Made by a program: the position numbers and the translations under genes. Positions 58,609-64,000 of a DNA stretch of 64,000 bases are shown here, piece by piece. Within the stretch, counting starts at the first letter, position 1. Each line of letters starts with the position of its first letter. Source of the stretch: Myxococcota bacterium (GTDB taxonomy: Bacteria > Myxococcota_A > Polyangia > Nannocystales > Nannocystaceae); assembly GCA_039028615.1 (NCBI GenBank), contig JBCCHT010000042.1, positions 32,001-96,000 of the forward strand. Direction: 5' to 3'. The notes under the pieces are model-generated. The model worked only from the letters and a program-made list of their open reading frames with translations. It did not search any database and had not been told where the DNA came from.

Positions 58609-58996
58609 GCTCGTTCGAACACTCACCAACGTTCTCGAGCAAGCAGCCCCGCGCCCAAGCAGAACCCTCAGCCCTCCGCCAACCACTCCCCCCGCATCCA
58701 CCAACCCCCATGGCCCCAATGTCGCGCTCTGACGACGATGCCCCGGTGCCAATTATCGAGGGGCACCAGCCGCCATCGCGGTCCCGGGCGGCAGCTGTTC
58801 ATCTCGGTCGCATCGGTGCACTCGGCCCGAGGTGAGGGCGCCGAACGCACTGGCCGAAACTGTATTCAGAGGCGGTCGGAGGGGGTCTGTTCGACGAAGG
58901 GGTGATCCGTGGTGCGTGCCACTCCGCGGTGCGGTGGGGCAATCGTACTCACTGTCGATCGTGCCCGTGGCATCGGCTTTGCAGTTTTGGGAGGGC

Positions 58997-59644
58997 ATGA
59001 AGATGAGTTCCTTGCTTGGCTTGACCCCTTTTTTCGCCTCGGCGCTGTTGCTGACCGGGTGCCCCGATGGGGGCGGTGGCAACAGCGAAACTACGAGCGC
59101 CGAAACCGAGTCCTCGGGCGAAACGGAGGCCGAAACCGATGGAGAGACGGAGGCCGAAACCGACGGAGAGACCGACGAGACCGCGTGCGGCACGAGCTGC
59201 GAGACCGCGGGTGAGACGGAAGGGGAGACCGAAGGTGAAACGGAGGGAGAGACGGAAGGCGAGACGGAAGGAGCGTGTACGCCCGAGGGCACGGAGTGTG
59301 GAGACGATCCGTGTTGCGAGGGGCTGGCCTGCGATGCGGAGACGAACACCTGCGAGGCGGCGGCCTGCGGCGCCGCGGGGGACGACTGTACGGAGTCCGA
59401 GTGTTGTGAGGGGCTCGTCTGCGGCGGGGAGAGCTCGCAGTGCGAAAAGCCGGCCGAGTGCGCCGGGCCCGATCAGGACTGCACGGAGATGAAGTGTTGC
59501 GACGGCCTGGCGTGCGATCCGAGCGCGTCTCAGTGCGTGGAAGAAGAGGCGACCTGCTCGAATGAAGGGGACGAATGCATCGAGCAGGGGTGCTGCGAGG
59601 GGCTGACCTGCGACGGCGAGAGCTCGCAGTGCGTGCCCGAGTAG
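58997..59644 (+). CDS. acidic lipoprotein with TEGE repeats and four tandem C-C-CC-C-C modules
   Basis: LLTGC lipobox; (ETEG)n linker; four Cx6Cx4CCx4Cx6C units. Confidence 0.85.
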   Translation: MKMSSLLGLTPFFASALLLTGCPDGGGGNSETTSAETESSGETEAETDGETEAETDGETDETACGTSCETAGETEGETEGETEGETEGETEGACTPEGTECGDDPCCEGLACDAETNTCEAAACGAAGDDCTESECCEGLVCGGESSQCEKPAECAGPDQDCTEMKCCDGLACDPSASQCVEEEATCSNEGDECIEQGCCEGLTCDGESSQCVPE

Positions 59645-59749
59645 CGCGCCCACGGTGAGCGCGGGTGCGGTGGCGGCCATCGGCGGGGGCCAGGCTGCCG
59701 CCGCACTCGCGAACCGTCTTCGCGAATGCGAACCCGAGCGCGTGCTCGT

Positions 59750-61192
59750 CTACTCGAGCACGCGGAACTCGATGCGTCGGTTGTTGGCGCGGCCTTCGGG
59801 TGAGGCGTTGCTGTCGATGGGCTCGTCGGGGCCGGCACCACGGGTGATGATGCGCTCGGCCGAGACGCCGTGGTCGACGAGGTACTGCCTGACCGCGTCG
59901 GCCCGCTGCTGCGACAGCTTCATGTTGCGATCACGGTTGCCGCTGTTGTCGGTGTGGCCGCTGGCCTCGACGCGCAGGTGCTCGTACTTGAGCATGACCT
60001 CGACGGCCTTATCGAGCACGGGCAGCGAGTCCTTGGTGAGCCGGGCCTTGCCGAGCTCGAAGTTGATGCCGTCGAGGGTGCCGCCGAAGCTCTGGAGGTC
60101 GTCGGGGACTTCGTCGGGGCAGCCGTCGTCGTCCTCGAACTTGTTGACCGTCTCCGGTTTGTCGGGGCACTTGTCGTCGTCGCCCTCGATGCCGTCGCCA
60201 TCGGGGTCGGGATCGGGGCAGCCGGCGGGCTCGATCCCGGGCTCGTCGGGGCAGGCGTCCTCGGTGTCGACGAAGCCGTCGTTGTCCCGGTCGTCGGGCA
60301 GCGGGCAGCCATCGGGGGCGACGCCGGGCAGGTCGGGACACTTGTCCTCGGCGTCAGAGAAGCCGTCGCTGTCGCGATCGGAGGGGGTCAGGGGCGGCGG
60401 CTCGGGCTCGGGCTCGGGCTGCGCGTCGACGTCCTTTTTGCGGCCGAGGGTGAAGGACACGCCCAGCAGCACGCCGAGGTTGTTGGTGGCGCCTCCGCTG
60501 ACGCCGGTCCGCGGGGTGATGGTGTCGCGCAGGTCGAGCCGTACGGCGATCTGGCGGTTGATGTAGGCCTTGGCGCCGATGCCCAGGTGGAAGGTGGCGT
60601 CGACGTCGGTGCCGAGGATGACCTCGGGGTTGCTTCGAATGCCCAGCGCGCCCGCACCCACGACGACGAAGGGGGCGACGCTCCAAAAGGGCAGCTGCGC
60701 GACGGCGTGGGCTCGACCGGCGGCGAGGGTGACGGCGTAGCCATCCTCGAGGGTGGTGGTGGGCATGTAGGCGCCCTCGAGCTCGAGGCCCAAAAAGCGC
60801 AGGGGGAAGTAGCCGAAGCGGCCGCCGACGGCGGGGGCGATGCGGGCGAGCGGCAAGAACCCCTGGCGGGGTCGGCCGATGCGGGGCTCGAACAGCTCGA
60901 GGTCCTGCGCGGGCACGAACATGCCCACGAAGCCGCCGAGCTCGATCATGTTGCGCTCGGGCGCCCAGCGATCGATCCACGGCAGGTGCTCGCGTTTGCT
61001 GAGCTCTTGGTCGCCCTCGGCGGTGGCCTTCAGGCGACCTTGGAGCCCGCCTCGCTTGCCTTCGGGCTCGGCTTCGGTCGCATCACCATCGCCGCTCGCC
61101 TCGGGAGAGGGAGCGGCATGAGCCACGGCGGGGCCGATGGCCAAAAGCCCCGCCGCCAAGCCGACAGCATGGATCCTCGCGCAACGGGACAT
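59750..61192 (-). CDS. OmpA-family outer membrane protein with TSP3-like Ca-binding repeats
   Basis: Beta-barrel region, DRDSDG...DKCP repeats, GHTDNSG...SQQRADAV...NRRIEF. Confidence 0.93.
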   Translation of the reverse strand: MSRCARIHAVGLAAGLLAIGPAVAHAAPSPEASGDGDATEAEPEGKRGGLQGRLKATAEGDQELSKREHLPWIDRWAPERNMIELGGFVGMFVPAQDLELFEPRIGRPRQGFLPLARIAPAVGGRFGYFPLRFLGLELEGAYMPTTTLEDGYAVTLAAGRAHAVAQLPFWSVAPFVVVGAGALGIRSNPEVILGTDVDATFHLGIGAKAYINRQIAVRLDLRDTITPRTGVSGGATNNLGVLLGVSFTLGRKKDVDAQPEPEPEPPPLTPSDRDSDGFSDAEDKCPDLPGVAPDGCPLPDDRDNDGFVDTEDACPDEPGIEPAGCPDPDPDGDGIEGDDDKCPDKPETVNKFEDDDGCPDEVPDDLQSFGGTLDGINFELGKARLTKDSLPVLDKAVEVMLKYEHLRVEASGHTDNSGNRDRNMKLSQQRADAVRQYLVDHGVSAERIITRGAGPDEPIDSNASPEGRANNRRIEFRVLE

Positions 61193-61266
61193 AGCCCCGT
61201 CATCGTGTCACGGGGCCCCACAGCCGGGGAAATTTTGCGGCTTTTTGCGCCTACATAGTCGGGCGT

Positions 61267-62421
<1,155 letters not shown>

Positions 62422-62499
62422 GCCGAAGGTGTACCGCAGAGCACTTGCAGCCGCGGTCCGTTGGCGTTGTGGATCCTCACCGAGGGGACCGGCGTGCGG

Positions 62500-63717
62500 T
62501 CAACCAAACAGGGCGGCGATGTCGGCGTGACGGGCCTTGGCGTCGTGGTAGCCCAGATGCATCAGCGTCTTGAGGTAATCGGGATCGAAGAGCACGTAGC
62601 TGGCGAGGTCGTCCTCGGGCATCTGGTCGCCATGTGCGGAACGCCGCAACCACCGGGCCATGACCCCGCTGTACCGAGACAGGCCGTGCTTGCGGATGAT
62701 GTCGTGGGCGATCTCTCCGAGGTTCTGGCTGGGTCGCACCAGGACGATCTCGACGGGGACGTAGGGTCGGCCCTTGCGGCCCGAGATGGCGGCGCCGATC
62801 TGTGCTCCGAAGTCGGGCCCGAACATCTCGGAGCCAGCTTCGATCAGCTGGTTCATGCGCTGGATTCGCGAGATGTCGGCCTCGAGCTTGTCGAGCATCA
62901 TGCCGTCGAGCAGCTTGCCCGCCACGAACATCGCGTTGGGGGAGATGTTCTTGGCGCGCTCGCGGGCTCGGTCTTCGGCGACGCGCCGGGCGTCCTCGTG
63001 ACGGAGGCCGATGACCAGCAGGCGGTTGGCGCCCAGCCGCATCGCGGGGCGGATGGGCGTGTTCTGTCGCAGGCTGCCGTCGACGTAGTAGCTGTCGTCG
63101 ATGCGCACGGCGGGGAACAGGATGGGGATGGCGGCCGAGGCCAGCGTGTGCGCGGCGGTGATGGTGGTCGGGACGACGCGCTGGCCGGGCCCGGTGGGCC
63201 AGGGAGGCAGCGCGCCCGTGCGCGTCTGTACGAACACGGTGGTGGTGCCGGTGGCCAGCTCGGTGGCGGTGCACGAAAACGCGTGCAGGTGGCCGCGGCT
63301 GAGGTTGCGACGCAGGCCGTCCCAGGGCACGCGGTCTCGCACGAACCGCTCGATGTAGCCGGAGTCGACCACGCCGCCGATGGTCTCGATCTCGTCGGCG
63401 CGGGGTGACTGCCGCCCGAAGAGCACCTGCGGCAGGTTGCGGACCTGCGACCAGCCGACCTTGTACATCTGGTCGAGCTGTAGCTCGGACCATACGCGGG
63501 CGAGGGTGCGGGTCTGGGCGCGGGGGCGGTCGACGGTGGACGCGATGTACGAGCCGTTGATGGCGCCTACGCTGCTGCCCGTGATGACGTGGAACCGGCA
63601 GGTGCGCTCGATCTGCTCGCGGATGTAGCGGAGCACACCCACCTCGTAGGCCCCGCGGGCGCCTCCGCCCGAGAGCACGAGCCCCACGCGGGGCTCATCG
63701 GCCTCGTCGGCAGACAC
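62500..63717 (-). CDS. patatin-like phospholipase
   Basis: LSGGGARGAY, GSSVG, ASAAIP, DGS. Confidence 0.92.
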   Translation of the reverse strand: MSADEADEPRVGLVLSGGGARGAYEVGVLRYIREQIERTCRFHVITGSSVGAINGSYIASTVDRPRAQTRTLARVWSELQLDQMYKVGWSQVRNLPQVLFGRQSPRADEIETIGGVVDSGYIERFVRDRVPWDGLRRNLSRGHLHAFSCTATELATGTTTVFVQTRTGALPPWPTGPGQRVVPTTITAAHTLASAAIPILFPAVRIDDSYYVDGSLRQNTPIRPAMRLGANRLLVIGLRHEDARRVAEDRARERAKNISPNAMFVAGKLLDGMMLDKLEADISRIQRMNQLIEAGSEMFGPDFGAQIGAAISGRKGRPYVPVEIVLVRPSQNLGEIAHDIIRKHGLSRYSGVMARWLRRSAHGDQMPEDDLASYVLFDPDYLKTLMHLGYHDAKARHADIAALFG

Positions 63718-63723
63718 GTCGGC

Positions 63724-63999
63724 TCAAAAACCGATCGGGTAGCACGGGCAGGCACCGCCCGCGCAAGACGACGGCGGCGCCGCGTTCTCTTCGAGCAACG
63801 ACACCGGCTGCGGACCGACGAGCCGGCCCCCGTCCTGCGGATATTGCTCGACCCGCGACTTCAGCGTGGCGTCGTCGGGGCTGGCCACGATCGCGTCCAT
63901 GTCGGCGTTGGTCAGGAAGGGCACCTCGATCTCCATCGAGCCGCGGATCGGGCCGTTGCTGGTGGTGGTGCCGATGGTGAACTCGACCTCGGTGCCGTA
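63724..63999 (-). CDS. hypothetical protein, 3' part only (runs off window)
   Basis: Frame open from the window edge to stop at 63724; 6 bp upstream of the patatin gene. Confidence 0.6.
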   Translation of the reverse strand, partial: YGTEVEFTIGTTTSNGPIRGSMEIEVPFLTNADMDAIVASPDDATLKSRVEQYPQDGGRLVGPQPVSLLEENAAPPSSCAGGACPCYPIGF

Positions 64000-64000
64000 T

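Larger units (their letters stand above)
57743..58670. mobile_element. long inverted-repeat structure (arms ~57743-58021 and ~58421-58670), MITE/foldback-like
   Basis: Arms are near-perfect reverse complements containing repeat copies C and D around a ~400-bp lower-GC spacer; no transposase. Confidence 0.6.

Noticed and set aside
57367..58905. Long ORFs 57367..58752(-) and 58120..58905(+) spanning the inverted repeats, considered as a possible transposase
   Set aside because: They are translations of the repeat arms with no DDE/HUH/recombinase motifs, and one overlaps a real gene antisense
59100..59275. 12-bp tandem repeats as a CRISPR/VNTR element
   Set aside because: In-frame coding repeats (ETEG) of a lipoprotein linker

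Overview
High-GC bacterial chromosomal segment. The Ser/Thr kinase-TPR genes, Cys/acidic lipoproteins and TSP3-OmpA suggest Myxococcota, plausibly Nannocystaceae-like (inference). About 46 CDSs, including housekeeping ileS (IleRS2 type) and dnaB. No rRNA, tRNA, CRISPR array or transposase was seen. Most notable: (1) an in-frame triple fusion of a maleylacetate-reductase-like Fe-ADH, a GFSQG alpha/beta-hydrolase and homogentisate 1,2-dioxygenase, suggesting an isomerase-free tyrosine catabolic route; (2) a tightly coupled five-gene operon with two HTTM/gamma-carboxylase-like paralogues (one fused to, one split from, an SdpA/DUF5819-like partner), flanked by an S9 peptidase and a PHP hydrolase; (3) a divergent UGA-recoded (UxxC) peroxiredoxin-like selenoprotein with a SECIS hairpin, which the ORF track splits in two; (4) four copies of a ~140-bp structured intergenic repeat, two forming a long inverted repeat, surrounded by strand-specific C-depletion that rewrites synonymous codons of neighbouring genes; (5) a lipoprotein with four tandem knottin-like modules, several apparent pseudoenzymes and two structured-RNA candidates. 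All family calls rest on motif recognition by eye; no searches were run.
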